A stretch of 64,000 bases of DNA from Hyphomonadaceae bacterium (GTDB lineage Bacteria > Pseudomonadota > Alphaproteobacteria > Caulobacterales > Aquidulcibacteraceae): the NCBI GenBank assembly GCA_019636095.1, contig JAHBYF010000008.1:41886-105885 (forward strand), given 5' to 3'. Under the pieces are notes generated by a model. The model had not been told where the DNA came from and did not search any database. It saw only the letters and a program-made list of their open reading frames with translations. The translations under genes were made by a program, and so were the position numbers. Every line of letters begins with the position of its first letter. Position 1 is the first letter of the stretch. Shown here one piece after another: positions 20,072 to 30,964 of this stretch.

Positions 20072-20818
20072 CTATTCGAGTGGCATCGACGCGTCTCTCG
20101 CCGATCTTCGAAATTCGCCCGGCGAGACACCGACCGCAGCGCGAAAGCGTCTTGAGAAGGCGGCTTGATCGCTGTAGCCGCACGCTTGCGCGATAGCGGC
20201 TATGCTAGTGTTGGAATGCAACATCTCCATCGCGGCCACGAGCCGAATCTTTGCTAGGTAGTGGTGCGGTGACATCTTGAAGATCGACACAAAATCGCGG
20301 TGGAGTTGCGACTGCGACACGCCAGCCTTCTCGGCCAAATGGCCAACGCGCAAGGGCTCAGGATAGTTGCTCTGCATTTCAGAGACAACCTTTGCGAGCG
20401 CCGCAAAGCGCGGGTGATGTCCTAGGGGTGTATCGAGGCTGCGCGAACTCGCGGCCACGCCCACGATATGCCCATTGGGGCCATGAATGGGCCATCGCGT
20501 AAATAGGAGCCAGAGCGGAGAAGTCTTCGCGCGAATGGATAGATCCAGACGATCCTTGATTGGTTTAGCGGAACTTAACACCCGCTGATCAAGCACCTCA
20601 TATCGTAGAGCGAACTCGCGCGGGAAGAAGTCATGAGCCGTCTTGCCAATTAGTTCCTCGCGCGACGTGGCCCCACAAAGTAGGACCATGGCGTGGTTTG
20701 CACCAACGTAACGCAACGCGCGGTCCTTGATGAAAAAAGGCGCGTTCTGAATTTGATCGAAGAGGCGCTCCACCAGTGAAATGGGTAAGAGCGGAACAGC
20801 TGATGTGTCAGGGTCCAT
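20072..20818 (-). CDS. AraC-family transcriptional regulator with N-terminal PAS-like domain
   Basis: C-terminal LAEKAGVSQSQLHRDFVSIFKMSPHHYLAKIRLVAAMEMLHSNTSIAAIAQACGYSDQAAFSRRFRAAVGVSPGEFR (double HTH_AraC). Confidence 0.8.
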   Translation of the reverse strand: MDPDTSAVPLLPISLVERLFDQIQNAPFFIKDRALRYVGANHAMVLLCGATSREELIGKTAHDFFPREFALRYEVLDQRVLSSAKPIKDRLDLSIRAKTSPLWLLFTRWPIHGPNGHIVGVAASSRSLDTPLGHHPRFAALAKVVSEMQSNYPEPLRVGHLAEKAGVSQSQLHRDFVSIFKMSPHHYLAKIRLVAAMEMLHSNTSIAAIAQACGYSDQAAFSRRFRAAVGVSPGEFRRSARDASMPLE

Positions 20819-21186
20819 AGCGGCGACGCGAGCACTTCCTGTTCGGTCTTGTCAACTGGCCCCAGCGTTGGAAGCGGCAGGTTTTGAGCGCCTGACGTGA
20901 CGTTCAGAAAGCAGCGCCGTCGTCTGGGCACGAGAGGGACGAGCGCAGGCAGTCTCTTCTGCCCCGACGATGCTGTCTTGCGACAACTGCGCCGACTCAT
21001 GGAGCGCACAAATCGTCTCGCGTCATCCGTACGGATTATGCCGATTTCGGCGCGAAGGCGACTATTCAGGTCAAGAAGAACTAACTCTGCACCTATAAAT
21101 TTTGCCCGCCCGCTCGTTTCCATTGGATCGTCGCGCGTTGTTGCCCCTAACGGCGATCCAGCCACAGGTGCACGGACCGGAGGGGA

Positions 21187-22113
21187 ATGGTCATTATGAA
21201 GATTGTCTTTGCTGCACTCGCGGGCCTGACCATCTCGACAACGGCTTCTGCGCAAGACACTAGAAACGATATTGTAGTTGAAGGGCGCCGTCTGGAGGAG
21301 ACGGCGCGCGCTTTCGTTGGGGCCATCTCAGCGCCGCCGTCGCGTGAGAACCAGCTGGGGCGCTTTGATAGCGCCGTCTGTCCAGGCGTCGCTGGCATCA
21401 ACGCCCGCCAGGGACAGTTCATCGTCGACCGCATCGCACAGCGCGCTATGAGTCTGGGCCTAAGCGCGGGTGCGCCCGGTTGCCTCGCCAATGTGTTGGT
21501 GCTTTTCACCGACGAACCCGGCGAGTTGGCGCGCGCCATTGTTGAAGAGCAGCGCTATCTGATGGCAAACACTGGCATGACAGACAACCTCAACACGCGC
21601 GGCAGCGAGGCGCTCGAGGCCTTCGTCAGCGACGAGCGTCCAGTGCGGTGGTGGCACGTCGCACAAACGGTGACGGGCGACGGGCAAGTCCTGCGCGACG
21701 TGCCAGCTCGGTTGTGGAACGGCGGCAACCGGGCGCCTCATCTCTACGCGCAAGGCGTGTTCCTGAGCGGGCGAGAAGCAACGCGGAATAGTCGCACGAC
21801 GCGTCAGGATTTTCGCAACGTCGTAATCATCGTGGATGGACCTCGCGCCGCAGCGCCACGGCTCGACGCGTTGGCCGACTATCTAGCTATGGTGGCGTTG
21901 GCTCAGATCGATCCAGCCGCCGACACATCGGCCTTCACAAGTATTCTCAATCTATACGGCGAAAACGGCGAAAGGCCTTTGCGCATGACTGAGTGGGACG
22001 AGAGCTATCTTGAGGGTCTCTATGCGGCGCCGCGCCAGGCGCCCAACGTGCGGCGACAAGAGGGTCGGATTGTCCACAGTATGCGCCAAGATATCGAACG
22101 ACGCAGGCAGTGA
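21187..22113 (+). CDS. Exported hypothetical protein
   Basis: Signal peptide (MKIVFAALAGLTISTTASAQ); 308 aa with normal composition. Confidence 0.6.
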   Translation: MVIMKIVFAALAGLTISTTASAQDTRNDIVVEGRRLEETARAFVGAISAPPSRENQLGRFDSAVCPGVAGINARQGQFIVDRIAQRAMSLGLSAGAPGCLANVLVLFTDEPGELARAIVEEQRYLMANTGMTDNLNTRGSEALEAFVSDERPVRWWHVAQTVTGDGQVLRDVPARLWNGGNRAPHLYAQGVFLSGREATRNSRTTRQDFRNVVIIVDGPRAAAPRLDALADYLAMVALAQIDPAADTSAFTSILNLYGENGERPLRMTEWDESYLEGLYAAPRQAPNVRRQEGRIVHSMRQDIERRRQ

Positions 22114-22248
22114 TGCTTCCTTCGGAAGTGGGTCTGTGCGGAGATTTGTCTGCCTGTTTCAAGCCTTGCCAATCAATGCCCGGGGTTCGCTGTTGTTGTA
22201 CGAAGTCCCACCCCCGCAATGAATCGGTCGCTGATCAGCGATCCACTT

Positions 22249-23142
22249 TTAGTGTTGTTCGATATTTCGACACTTCCCACGTTCGAAGGACGACTCTGCG
22301 ACCTCGGGCGAGCCCAGACCCATCAGCCAAACAAGGGAACCAGGCGACAACAAACGCCAATATCGACCCCGATGATCCCAGCGCCCGATACAGCTTCGCA
22401 GCGGGGCGTTCTGTTCCTCTAGCGCTCTGACAATCTGGCGCGCCAGATTGCCAGCTCTCGTGAGAGAGCCGCGCCCCTCTCTTGTCCCGCCGGTTATGAC
22501 CCAACGCTGTTGTCTGGAGCTTTCGTCAACCCAAGATGTTTGGGCCCCCACTGGCGAATGCACCAGGGCGCCGCCAAAAATATCCGGGTGCCTGGACGCA
22601 AGCGCGAACGCCAAGTCGCCGCCATTCGAAAATCCACCGATAAATCTCTGTTCGCGACGATCTGAGGCGTGCTGGACTCGCTCGGCCCAAGGAATGACAT
22701 CACGCAAAAGCCATTCCTCGTGCGCTCGGAAATTATCGCTACCTCCGGGCCAACCGTAGAGATACTCCGCCACTCTATCCTGCGGATCGGGCTGAGCGTC
22801 GATCGCGACAATCATGATAGGAGAGACGGATCCCGCATCGATCGCCGGCTTTAGTTCGAGCAAAGCAACGTAGAGGCCGGTCAATCCGTCTGCCATATAG
22901 AGAACGGGCAACCGTGATTGAGATGAGGTTCGAGGCCGCCAAACCCAAACAGGGCGCACAGTGCCGTCAACCGGTCCTGGGAATTCGAACCCCACCGTCT
23001 CCGCATTGACAGGCGCTATCGCCGCTTCGAATTCGTCGTTCGCCCCACTTTGAGCCCACACGTCCGACGGTGATGAAAGCCATAGAGTCAAAAGAACAAA
23101 TGTGAGCTGCCACAGGACGTTGTTTGCTTCAATTCCGCGCAC
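22249..23142 (-). CDS. Esterase-family alpha/beta hydrolase, exported
   Basis: Signal peptide. RFIGGFSNGGDLA (GxSxG nucleophile elbow). Overall pattern of the putative esterase/enterochelin-esterase-like family. Confidence 0.65.
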   Translation of the reverse strand: MRGIEANNVLWQLTFVLLTLWLSSPSDVWAQSGANDEFEAAIAPVNAETVGFEFPGPVDGTVRPVWVWRPRTSSQSRLPVLYMADGLTGLYVALLELKPAIDAGSVSPIMIVAIDAQPDPQDRVAEYLYGWPGGSDNFRAHEEWLLRDVIPWAERVQHASDRREQRFIGGFSNGGDLAFALASRHPDIFGGALVHSPVGAQTSWVDESSRQQRWVITGGTREGRGSLTRAGNLARQIVRALEEQNAPLRSCIGRWDHRGRYWRLLSPGSLVWLMGLGSPEVAESSFERGKCRNIEQH

Positions 23143-23367
23143 GCGAGAAGACTTCCTTACGGCAATGACCTGAGCGAAATAAGCAGGCCGAAGAACCCCG
23201 GATTGAAAACATCAACGATAGGGCCGGTCGGGGGCGCCGTATTGGCGGACTCCGCAGTCAGATTGCCGATTTCAGCACAAGGCTCAGCAACAGGCTTCTT
23301 CGAGTGGCTCGGTTTCTGCTCGCCCGCACCGCTCTACCTCGTCGAGATGGGGAGGTTTTTCAGCCTG

Positions 23368-24057
23368 TTACACCTGCACCATGCTCGGTGAAACCTTCGC
23401 ACCTGCCATTGCGAGCCTTTCACCCAGTTCTTCAATCGCGAGACGAGACGCAACCGCTCCAGTGGAGTCGATTGCCTCACTGAGGAAAACCGCCGCTCTC
23501 GAATTGGGACCCAGCATCGTTTGCGTTGCATCTCGACAATTGAGCGCCCAACACATGATGTCTTGGCCGACCGCGTAGCCATAAATGCCGGGTCGCAGCG
23601 GAGGCCTGAAACCACCACCCCCACTTGGACCATCGAAGTTGTCGGATGCACGCAACGGCCGCACTCTGATTTCGCGCTTTCCGACCTTTGCAGCATCGTA
23701 GCCGCCTATGGGAGTCAAATGAGACAAAGATGCTGCGTTGTAGAGATCGACGATCCAGATGCCGGTTTGAGGCAGGCCCCCGCGTGCAGCCCGACGCAGC
23801 AGCTGCTCGATGCTTGACCGAAATTCGGACGCTTGAAGCCCCATCTTTCTGTACGCATCCCTCCAGATTGCGATGCGCCCATGCTGGGCGATTGTTGCAA
23901 TATCGACCGTCACGAGCACACGCCTTAGCCCTGCTTCGAAGGCGCCGGTCAAGGAAGCGATGTCAACACGATCCAACTCTTCTACCTCAATCCCAAAAAC
24001 CCGGATGTCTGGGAAAGTCGCGCGGACCACCGGATCAATGTGAATAGCCTTCACCAT
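23368..24057 (-). CDS. B3/B4 tRNA-binding-domain-like protein
   Basis: 229 aa. IWIVDLYNAASLSHLTPIGGYDAAKV and AVFLSEAID resemble the B3_4 domain family. Confidence 0.6.
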   Translation of the reverse strand: MVKAIHIDPVVRATFPDIRVFGIEVEELDRVDIASLTGAFEAGLRRVLVTVDIATIAQHGRIAIWRDAYRKMGLQASEFRSSIEQLLRRAARGGLPQTGIWIVDLYNAASLSHLTPIGGYDAAKVGKREIRVRPLRASDNFDGPSGGGGFRPPLRPGIYGYAVGQDIMCWALNCRDATQTMLGPNSRAAVFLSEAIDSTGAVASRLAIEELGERLAMAGAKVSPSMVQV

Positions 24058-24171
24058 CTCTAGGTTTTCCTGGAAGGCGCAACTCAGTATCAGAGCTGCG
24101 TGAGGCGCCCCCGGTTTCGCAGTCGAGCCGCCAGAGGAGTCCGGTCTGCATTGGTCGAATAGGCGAGGGGT

Positions 24172-25071
24172 CTATTCCGCTATGTAGCGCCACTCTTCGG
24201 TCGGAGTGTCGCGCGCCCAGATTGTGAAGAATGGAATCTCGGCTAGCCGCCCCGGTGGTGTCGGTCCGTTGCGGCGCAGATATCCCCACGTCGCGCCAAG
24301 GTCGCCGGTTGTCGCGACTATCACGCCCTGATCGGCCGACCAACGCAGAGGGCTTGGACCCTCCGGATGGATCGCACCAATATTTTGTGCGCCGACGACA
24401 AACTCGGAATCCCCTCCCACATTGACGGAGTCGTCTCGACCGAAGCGGACAAACGCCTCGCTCAAGCCAATTGTTTGCGCCGCGTCCGAGAAGTTCTGTT
24501 CCTGAGAAGCAAGGCTTTGTCTGTATCGAGCGATAAGCTCTGCGTCAGTAGAAACCGGCCTGTGTGGGGGTGCATAGTGGGGTAACGGGGACTGAGTTAT
24601 CGGGCCCTCGGGCCGCGGCACCAGCTTGAACAGGAGAATGCGCCACCCATCGCTTCGATGGATCCAATAGGCCACGTATTTTCCGATTACAGCTGAATGG
24701 CCGGAAACGTAGTCGATATAGCCGTAGGAGAACCCCTGTTGGCCGTCTGATGAAACGCCGACTCGCATTGGACGCCAGTCGAGCGCAGTCGGAGTCCCTT
24801 GAAGCGCTGCTGTAAGGGTGGCTCGCGCGTTGTCTGGCCCGTGGGCAAACCCAGGCACAGGAGGCGCGAACACAACAACGTCGTCGTCAAACGCAGCGAT
24901 AACGGTGTCGAGGCCACGCGTGCGGCTGCCGAGCGCCACAGCTTCGTCGGCAGCGACGAGTGCTTCAATAGGTTCGCCGAAAAAAGGCTCGATACGATCG
25001 GCCAGGGAGGTGGTGCAGCCGGTGCAAAACAATATCGCCAAAGGCAACACCCAAGTTGCTTTTCTTGTCAC
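24172..25071 (-). CDS. Lipoprotein, unknown function (NTF2/SnoaL-like by eye)
   Basis: Lipobox LAILFCTGC; 299 aa. Confidence 0.55.
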   Translation of the reverse strand: MTRKATWVLPLAILFCTGCTTSLADRIEPFFGEPIEALVAADEAVALGSRTRGLDTVIAAFDDDVVVFAPPVPGFAHGPDNARATLTAALQGTPTALDWRPMRVGVSSDGQQGFSYGYIDYVSGHSAVIGKYVAYWIHRSDGWRILLFKLVPRPEGPITQSPLPHYAPPHRPVSTDAELIARYRQSLASQEQNFSDAAQTIGLSEAFVRFGRDDSVNVGGDSEFVVGAQNIGAIHPEGPSPLRWSADQGVIVATTGDLGATWGYLRRNGPTPPGRLAEIPFFTIWARDTPTEEWRYIAE

Positions 25072-25447
25072 GAACTCTCGCTTTCAGAATCAAAGAAGAA
25101 TTCTGATCGGAGTGCGCGAATTGTCTTGTGAGATTCGGGCGGGGGCGCGCCGATTGCGGCATGAATCGGTTCATCTCGATCCAGTATGCTGGCGACGCCG
25201 GCAGGTGTAGGTGCCAGGCCGTTGCATGAAGCGGTGCGTATTTGGCACAGTGAAAACACTCCGGCCGAATTGTGCCGCTCCGCGCATCTTTATGCCGAAA
25301 TAGCGCAAGACCGGCATTTGCAACCCAATTCATATGCATCTGCGGGGTGCGAGTGACCCGTCATGCAAACGACTCTGCCACGGATTCGAACCCCCTGGAG
25401 AGTGATCTCGCACCCCGCGCATCAATTAGGTTCGAGAGGGGGATGGA

Positions 25448-28390
25448 ATGAGTTTCGGAAAAAAAGAGACCACTCGCGGTGCTGCACAACGTAAGTCCCT
25501 GTTGATTTGGCGTGATCGGCGTTTGGGTAGCGGCGGCGTGGCGTAGCACTCGTGGCAACGCCGGCGAACACACACTTGCAAGGCAAGCAAAGATAGTTAA
25601 CACGCCACGGGCACGCGCCTTGTGCGTCAAGACTTCGAAGGATCAGCCCGATCGGTCGGCGCTGAGCAGCTCGAACCGACGGCGACCGACGACGAAATCG
25701 TTGCTCAACGAACTGCCGCAGATCATTCCAGGCAACACCCGCACCTCGAACAACGCGGGTGGCTTCGACTATGCGACGGTCGACCTTCGCGGCTTAGGCC
25801 CGGGCCGTACGCTCGTTCTGGTCAACGGCGAACGCGTTCCGGTCAGCTCGACCGGCGGCGCAGTCGACCTCAACACCATCCCGGCCTCGCTGATTTCGCG
25901 CGTCGAAGTCGTGACCGGCGGCGCCTCGGCGGTGTACGGTTCTGACGCTCTTGCTGGCGTCGTGAACTTCGTTCTGAAGGACGATTACGAAGGTGGGGAA
26001 ATCACCGCCACCTACGGTGCGGAACTCGAAACCGGCAACGTCGCCGAATTCGAAATCAACGGCCTCGTTGGCGGCAACTTCGCCAACGGTCGCGGCAACA
26101 TGACGGCGTATGCGTCGTACTATAACCGCCAAGGCGTTTTCCAAAGCGAGTACGACTATTCACGCGTGTCGCAAGCGCTCTGCTATGATGGCCAGTTCGA
26201 CGCTTCCCGCGGCGGCTACCACGTCTTCCCGTGCGACGAGCGTGATGAGGCAATTGCGAACGGTGCGGGCGGCGCGTTCTTCGGCGGCGGCTCGGCCACC
26301 CCACCATGGGGCTGGATCGCCAACAACCCCGGCAACCCGTTCACCGGCTTGGCGGCTGCGGAAACGCTTGTTGGCAACACCAACTTTAACGCCGGCAACA
26401 CCGATACGAACTGCGATGCGGGTGGCGCCTACAACACTGGCAACTTGTCGTTCAACGACGCTGGTCAGCTGACGCCTCGCAACGCGGCGCAGTACTGCGG
26501 CATCCCGGATCGCTCGATCGGTTCGTCGCGTTACAACTATGCGCCGGACAATTATCTGGTCATCCCGGGCGAGCGTATCGCTCTAACCACCAGCGATATT
26601 ACGACATCATTGTGGATAATGTCGATTGAGCCTTGAAGATGAACGCCACACCAACAGCCGGACGCCCTCCAGCTGGCGCCGACGCCGATGACCGGCATCA
26701 ACGTGGTGTTGAACCCGGTGAACTCGGCGTACATCCAGGCTAATCACGCTGACCCTGAAGGTGTCCAACCTGGCGTCGTTCACGCTCAACCGCGTGACCA
26801 TTTGAAGTTGGCGCTCGTATCGGTCAATGAGCAACAACCTCTTCTTCCCGGCAAGCTTGACGGCACCTCGGCGACAACTCAGACGCGCACCGGTTTGACA
26901 CCGCTTCTGGCGGCTGCGCGTCTAACACCTGTGCGGAAAACATACTGTCTTCCAGCGGCGTCCAACAGGGCCTCGCGGGCTGCGCTGACGCCGCCGGCAA
27001 TCCGCTCTGAGCCTGGCGCGCCAGGCTGCCGCGCAAACGGCAGGCGGCTCATCCGGCACACTCGATAAGAGAGCAGCATGGCGAGTCATTCGCGTGAACA
27101 CCTTCAACGACACGATCGTCACCCAAAGAGAAAGCGAATTGCGGCGTCCGCGGCGATCGAATTGCCGGCGCTTCCAGCCGGTGATGACTGGTGCCTGGTT
27201 TCGAATAAGGATACGTTCTCGATCGCGCCAACGATAACGAGCAGCGTACGGGTAAGATCTGCGGCTTCAACGCGGTGCAGGACCGCGAGGGTCAGATCGA
27301 CGTACGAACTGTACACCGAAGCCGCACCCGCTGGCCGGATGCGCCGTTCGCCACTACCTTGGTCTTGAAGGCTTCAGCCGGTCGAACTATTCTCTCGATT
27401 GAAGACGTCGACTCTGCCAAGATCGGCGGCGAATGGGCCCCGACTGAGGTTGCTTTCCGCGATACGAATGGCGCTGGATCTGCGCGCTGAACGCAGCTCG
27501 AAGTGAAACGAGCAGCGACCAGGGCTTCTGCTCCTTTCGCTGACCTGGGCGCAGCGCCAACGCTGCCAATTGCAGCGGCGCTTGTACCGGCGGCGGTCAC
27601 TGTTAGCCTGACCGGCAGGCCAACACCAGGTTCAGACGTTCGCGTTCGGTAACCCGAACCTGGGGCCTGAATCGGCCGAGTCGTTGACCTACGGCGCGGT
27701 CTTCCAACCCGACTGGTTCCCGGTGGCGACGCCACGGTCGATTATTACCACATTGAGGTGTCTGATGTTATCGCATCGGTGGGTGCGCAGTTCTTCCTGA
27801 CGGACTGCTACCAAAACCTCACCGCCGCCAGCTGCGCACGGATCACTCGTGACGCGGCCACCGGGCAGGTGCTCTCGGTCGACACGACCCGCTCTAATCA
27901 GGCTTCGCTTGAAACCGAAGGAGTGGACATCCAGGTTGAATGGTCGGTGCCAATCGGCCCAGGCCAACTCACAATCAACGAGCTCTACTCGATCATCGAC
28001 TCGTACCAGTTCAACGGCGTCGAATTCGCCGGATCAACTAGTGCGGTGATCGGCGGTACGCGCCCGGACTACAAGTCGGTCCTCTCAGTGACGTACAATG
28101 TCGGTGACTGGACTTTGTTTGGCCGCTACACCTACGTGCCTTCCATGTATGCGGCGGGGGTTTGTGCTGCATATGCGTGGTGCGACGACTCACCGGATGC
28201 CAGCTATGTCGATCTGTCGGCGCGCTGGAACATCACCGACTCCTTCTCGCTCACGGCGAACGTCGACAACATCTTCGACGATTATCCGCCGCAAACGGCC
28301 GAAGGTACGTTCAGCCAAGCCAACACCGACCCGCAAGTCTATCGCGTGCTCGGTCGTACGTTCGCAATCTCGGGCCGTTATCGGTTCTAA
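25448..28390 (+). pseudogene. TonB-dependent receptor, heavily decayed (multiple frameshifts and stops)
   Basis: Plug motifs RGLGPGRTLVLVNGERVPV...VEVVTGGASAVYGSDALAGVVNFVLKDDYEG (25512-26636). Barrel pieces in other frames include KIGGEWAPTEVAFRD and FGNPNLGPESAESLTYGAVFQPDW. The C-terminal strand reads ...RVLGRTFAISGRYRF (27758-28390). At least 5 frame changes are needed to join them. Confidence 0.8.
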
Positions 28391-28416
28391 GAGAGCGACA
28401 AGCTTTGGAGACTAAT

Positions 28417-28449
28417 GGCGGCGGACTTCAATGTCCGCCGCCTTTTTTT
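28417..28449 (+). terminator. Rho-independent terminator
   Basis: GGCGGCGGAC-ttcaat-GTCCGCCGCC followed by TTTTTTT, 27 nt after the receptor stop codon. Confidence 0.75.
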
Positions 28450-28487
28450 GAGTCCATTTCGATCGTCCGCCCACCTTCGGTGCTTGA

Positions 28488-28924
28488 ATGTTCGAGCTCC
28501 ACCTCTGGCGAATGGTCAATGACGCCCCCAACATCATTGGGAGGCGATACACTTCCTCGAGGACGAGAAAGAGTCTTGGCGTGAGGACGCTTGGCTTGGG
28601 GCCATGCCTCAACGGCTTCGCGAGAAACTGAGCCAAGCATATGACCAGACTGGTCTTCGGTTCAAAACTCTCACGTTGCGCAGCACGTTCGGTGGTACAA
28701 TCGTAATTGCGGCATTCGCTCAAAATCATCCGATGTCCGAAGGCATCGAACGTAGATTCCTTGAGGTGGTGGCGGCTCTGGCACCAAGCAGTTATGGGGT
28801 GATCTACACCCTCAATACCGACACGGAAGTGCCACGCGGCGAGTTCAACGTGCTCGAACTTGCTAATGGCAAAGTTGTGGAATCACGCGAATTGCTCGTC
28901 CAGCCACCCGACAAATTGCCATAG
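28488..28924 (+). pseudogene. Small cytoplasmic protein split by one frameshift (possibly Imm7-like immunity protein; tentative)
   Basis: ATG 28488 gives MFELHLWRMVNDA.... The frame changes near the C5 run at 28525-28529 and continues ...HHWEAIHFLEDEKESWREDAWLGAMPQRL... into track ORF 28604-28924 (APSSYGVIYTLNTDTE). The N-terminus recalls the MFEYHGW start of Imm7 proteins (memory only). Local GC is lower. Confidence 0.4.
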
Positions 28925-28937
28925 CCGGATGTCCGCA

Positions 28938-29040
28938 ATCGGCGAGAACACGCCGTTGTTGCATGCGCTAAGCCACTGTCCGCCATGGAGCGGGTAGGTC
29001 AGTCGCGAAAATTCGGGCTATGACGCTGGCTGGCCCATTC
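28938..29040 (+). repeat. R repeat copy (full length)
   Basis: atcggcgagaacacgccgttgttgcatgcgctaagccactgtccgccatggagcgggtaggtcagtcgcgaaaattcgggctatgacgctggctggcccattc. About 72% identical to 29483-29584 over 105 hand-aligned columns. Confidence 0.85.
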
Positions 29041-29043
29041 CAG

Positions 29044-29436
29044 TCATCGAAACAGAATGGTCACTCGCACCTCATCGGCTTGTCTCGGAGACGCTACCTG
29101 TCCGACTTGAATCAGAGTGTCAGGAAACCCTTGAACGACCATGACGCGTCGGACTTCCAGCCCTTTGCCTGGGTCATAGCTGGCGATCACCGCCATCAGA
29201 ACGTTGCAGGCGCGCGCGAGGTCAAGATTGGTGGTCAAGGAGTCGAGCGCGCTCGCGTCCAAATTCGTGCTCCCATGCTCAAAGTGAACGAGAAACTCCT
29301 GCGTCGCGCAGGGTGGTGGCCAAGGCGGCTCGACGATGGGCGGCGGAGCCGAGTCCTGTCTGAATGCAACGTTATCGAGCGCGCACCCGGCTAGGAGCAG
29401 AGCCAAGAGAACAGAGAATTGGGCGGTGAACGTCAT
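29044..29436 (-). CDS. Small lipoprotein, unknown function
   Basis: MTFTAQFSVLLALLLAGC lipobox from ATG 29436. The track start at 29493 lies inside the R copy. Confidence 0.6.
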   Translation of the reverse strand: MTFTAQFSVLLALLLAGCALDNVAFRQDSAPPPIVEPPWPPPCATQEFLVHFEHGSTNLDASALDSLTTNLDLARACNVLMAVIASYDPGKGLEVRRVMVVQGFPDTLIQVGQVASPRQADEVRVTILFR

Positions 29437-29482
29437 AGGAGTTCGACTGTATTCAAGGTCGCGATGATTGCGAGTGGCGTTT

Positions 29483-29584
29483 ATCGGCCACAACGCGCCA
29501 TTGCTGCGCGGCTAAGCCACTGACTAGAATGGAGCGAGTAGGCCGGTCGCTGAAATTCGCGCTATAGCCTAGCTTGGCCCATTC
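29483..29584 (+). repeat. R repeat copy (full length)
   Basis: atcggccacaacgcgccattgctgcgcggctaagccactgactagaatggagcgagtaggccggtcgctgaaattcgcgctatagcctagcttggcccattc. Confidence 0.85.
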
Positions 29585-29755
29585 GTGCCCGACGCCCTGA
29601 TCGCGGGAGAGACTTGAGACAGCCAAGCTCAAGCAATTCCTGTTTGCCGACGGCCCCGGCGCTCGCTGCCCTGGCTGGCCACGACTTCGCTCTGGTGTGG
29701 CTTAGGGTAGGTCCCCGGAACCCGAGAAATTATCGGCTCGCCGCGCCGCGAATCC

Positions 29756-30670
29756 TTATTGATAGCCATCCCGCCGCCAGATTTCGGCCAATCGTTCCGA
29801 ACCCATCAGGATTTCGGGATTATCCTTGCGGAGGGCGATGCGCCAACCATCGAACGCCTCGTAATTCTCGTCAACGTGGTTGGGCTCACCGTACCTTGAA
29901 ATCAACGCCGCGCGCAGACGATTGATATCTGATGGACCAAACAGAACCCACATTTGCTCAAGCTGACCGTCGCCAAATACGAACTCGAGTTTTCGGGGAT
30001 AACCTCCGATCTCGACGCCGTAGCAATCGAGTTGCTGCTGTATGGTGGGGGTCGTATCGAGCCAGATGTCCTCAATGGTTTGAATCTGCATGAGGTCGCA
30101 GACTCCCTCAAGGCTGGCCTCGATGTTCGACAACGCCGCGCCGAAAATGATCTGCGCCGGCATTGTGAAGGGATCGCTGGGCGCGACTGGGTGGTCATCG
30201 GTCCAGGCCGGATTTACCCAGGACAGCGCAATTGAAGCGAGCGCCGGAGTCGCCACTATCCAGGCTTGCCTGGTCCTTCGGTTGAGTAGAATTTGTTGCG
30301 GCATGAAGACTTCGTATTCAGCAATTGTAGTTGCTGGCGCAGTATCTGGCGCTATGGCAGAGGGCTCGCCATGGGTCTCGATCATGATCAGGGACTCATC
30401 TGCAAAAGTGAAAACGGCATCGCCGCCACTGCGTCCGTTGGCCAGCGTGAGGTTCCGACAGCGTAGGTGTACCTCGCTGTTCGAAGCGAACGGAAAGCGC
30501 GTATTTAAGACCGCAATACGCGTAACCGTGCCACACGCAGCGTCGACAAGAGGTCGAGCGGCAACCTCGCTCAGACCGAGCTCAATGCCCCTGATTGGGG
30601 TCGATTGTGCGAAGGCCGCGCTCGGCAGAGCGAGGGCGCCGAAAGCAGCAGCCAGCAGAAAATTGCGCAT
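29756..30670 (-). CDS. Exported hypothetical protein
   Basis: Signal peptide MRNFLLAAAFGALALPSAAFAQ; 304 aa. Confidence 0.65.
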   Translation of the reverse strand: MRNFLLAAAFGALALPSAAFAQSTPIRGIELGLSEVAARPLVDAACGTVTRIAVLNTRFPFASNSEVHLRCRNLTLANGRSGGDAVFTFADESLIMIETHGEPSAIAPDTAPATTIAEYEVFMPQQILLNRRTRQAWIVATPALASIALSWVNPAWTDDHPVAPSDPFTMPAQIIFGAALSNIEASLEGVCDLMQIQTIEDIWLDTTPTIQQQLDCYGVEIGGYPRKLEFVFGDGQLEQMWVLFGPSDINRLRAALISRYGEPNHVDENYEAFDGWRIALRKDNPEILMGSERLAEIWRRDGYQ

Positions 30671-30845
30671 CGGAAATCCCCAAGAGATTGTTTCTGCGAT
30701 TGGGATGCGATCGCGCCGCAGTTTGGATGCATGCGCAGCAATGACGCATTACGACGCCTTTGCGACGAAGCGTGGGGCCGATCTCACACGGCGACGTCCG
30801 GCGAACGTCTGTCATTCCTGCAGGTAGGGCGCGGCCGGCAGCTTT

Positions 30846-30898
30846 GGAGGGTGTAGGTCGGTCGCCGGATTTGTCGCGATGGCCTACGCTGGCCCATT
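30846..30898 (+). repeat. R repeat copy (3' half; 5' half weak)
   Basis: ggagggtgtaggtcggtcgccggatttgtcgcgatggcctacgctggcccatt aligns with the ggagcgggtaggtcagtcgc...ctggcccatt part of 28938-29040. Confidence 0.65.
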
Positions 30899-30964
30899 GA
30901 GACACTTTGAATCGGCATTATTGTGGCACCACAACGCGATCTTCGCTCGGGCTGACAACTGCCA

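Noticed and set aside
28929-28997. Short ORFs through the R copies giving GxNTPLLHA-like peptides (ankyrin-like, or VENN-type toxin junction)
   Set aside because: The frames are broken by 1-nt indels between copies and end within about 20 codons. No toxin-sized domain follows. Conservation is better explained at the nucleotide level.
28938-29584. R repeats as canonical integron attC sites
   Set aside because: I found no RYYYAAC/GTTRRRY core pair and no imperfect palindrome able to fold into an attC bulged hairpin. There is no intI-type tyrosine recombinase in the window, and the cassette ORFs lie on both strands. The analogy is kept only at the level of organisation.
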